This document shows, in pieces, positions 62,798-64,000 of a DNA stretch of 64,000 bases. This DNA comes from an uncultured delta proteobacterium. Lineage in GTDB: Bacteria > Myxococcota > Myxococcia > Myxococcales > Myxococcaceae. Numbering within the stretch: the stretch's first letter is position 1; each line of letters begins with the position of its first letter. Made by a program: the position numbers and the translations under genes. The DNA lies in assembly GCA_963771175.1 (NCBI GenBank), contig CAVYSY010000026.1, positions 192,001 through 256,000 of the forward strand. Reading direction: 5' to 3'. The notes under the pieces are model-generated. The model ran no database searches. It was not told where the DNA came from and worked only from the letters and a program-made list of their open reading frames with translations.

Positions 62798-63418
62798 ATG
62801 AAGCCGTCCGTGCTGTCTGCCCTGGCCTCCGTGATGCTCGCCGTTCCGTCCCTCGCCTCCGCGGCCGAATACGTCATCGACGCTCAGCATTCGAGCGCCC
62901 AGTTCTCCGTGAAGCACCTGGCCGTGTCCAACGTGCGGGGCGAGCTCGGGAAGATGAGTGGCACCATCCTCTTCGATGAGAAGGACCCCTCCAGCTCGCG
63001 AGTGGAAGCCACCATCGACGTCACCACCATCAACACCCGCGAGCCCCAGCGCGACGAGCACCTGCGCAGCGGGGACTTCTTCCATGTGGCGAAGTACCCC
63101 AACCTCGTCTTCAAATCCAAGCGCGTGGAGAAGCTGGGGAACGAGCACTACAAGGTGACGGGCGACCTCTCCCTGCGTGGAGTGACGAAGGAAGTGGTAC
63201 TCGACGTGGAGGGCATGGACACCGTGGTGAAGGACCCCTGGGGCAACCACAAGCGCGGCGCCGTGGCGACCACGAAGCTCAACCGCAAGGACTTCGGGCT
63301 CACCTGGAACAAGGTGCTGGAGGCCGGCAGTCTGGTGGTGGGTGACGAGGTGTCCGTCACGCTCGACCTCCAGCTCAACCAGAAACAGCCCGAGAGCAAG
63401 GCCGCTCCGGCGAAGTAG
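62798..63418 (+). CDS. YceI family protein
   Basis: IDAQHSSAQFSVKH, RDEHLRSGDFF and NRKDFGL. Confidence 0.92.
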   Translation: MKPSVLSALASVMLAVPSLASAAEYVIDAQHSSAQFSVKHLAVSNVRGELGKMSGTILFDEKDPSSSRVEATIDVTTINTREPQRDEHLRSGDFFHVAKYPNLVFKSKRVEKLGNEHYKVTGDLSLRGVTKEVVLDVEGMDTVVKDPWGNHKRGAVATTKLNRKDFGLTWNKVLEAGSLVVGDEVSVTLDLQLNQKQPESKAAPAK

Positions 63419-63645
63419 TCCGATCAGTGACCGCTCTCGACCCCGAGCGCTCCGCGTTCTTCGCCTTCTGACGGAGGGCCGCCCGCCTCCGCCGGAGGCT
63501 CGCGGCTGGCGCTGGCTCGGGGGCCACCTCAGCAGGCGTGCTGTCGAGACATTTCGCCTGTGCGCTCGTCCCCCTCGATGCACCTCCGAGAGCGCCCCCC
63601 CAGATTCAGGCATGGGGCCATCGCGTGGCCCGTCCGGAGGAACTC

Positions 63646-64000
63646 ATGCATACCGTCGGAGACCTGATGACCCGAGAGCTCGTCACCCTGGACGAGACAG
63701 ACGACCTGGGCCTGGCCTCGGCCATCACCCAACTCGGTCGGCTCCGGCACCTGCCCGTCGTGCGTGACGGCAAGCTCGTCGGCCTCGTCACCCACCGCGA
63801 CATCCTGCGAATCTGGGCCCGCCGGGGCGAGGACTCCGGGCGCCGGGCGCTCGCCCGGGAGGTCATGGTCCGGGACGTCATGCGCGTCTACCCGCATACC
63901 CTGCTCCGGGATGCCCTCCAGCGGATGCTCACGCACAAGTACGGCTGCCTGCCCGTGGTGGCGAGCGAGGAGGATGACACCCTCGTCGGCATCCTCACCG
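63646..64000 (+). CDS. CBS-domain protein (partial, runs off the window)
   Basis: VGDLMT...RHLPVVRDGKLVGLVTHRD. Confidence 0.85.
   Translation, partial: MHTVGDLMTRELVTLDETDDLGLASAITQLGRLRHLPVVRDGKLVGLVTHRDILRIWARRGEDSGRRALAREVMVRDVMRVYPHTLLRDALQRMLTHKYGCLPVVASEEDDTLVGILT

Overview
GC-rich DNA that is very probably myxobacterial (Cystobacterineae-like). The evidence is SitA-type lipoprotein toxins, a DUF2378 gene and a palindromic repeat of the type common in Myxococcales. Bases 1-~11,410 form an accessory island. It holds two diverged copies of a lipoprotein polymorphic-toxin cassette with the same N-terminus, different C-terminal toxins and a DUF2283 gene in both. Between them is a compact backbone resembling an integrative element or phage satellite: a candidate type I TA peptide followed by structured RNA, a GPKTPEGK-motif gene, six 16-bp iteron-like repeats at ~80-bp spacing around an AT-rich core, a candidate Rep, a Zn-finger/excisionase, a PD-(D/E)XK nuclease, a tRNA-Asn 3' att fragment and a truncated atypical tyrosine recombinase. 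Bases ~11.4-17 kb carry a LysR-centred oxidoreductase cluster and a broken SMI1/KNR4 gene. The rest looks like chromosomal core: histidine kinases, cysteine desulfurase, pabBAC, pseudouridine synthase, a DUF4258/MqsA-like TA pair, xdhAB, qNOR, acyl-CoA ligase, UDPGP, an M4 peptidase, a NIDO-lipase plus TPR pair, YceI and a CBS protein. Many genes, including housekeeping ones, have single-base frameshifts, so most 'pseudogene' calls may be sequencing errors. All family calls come from motif recognition by eye; no searches were run.
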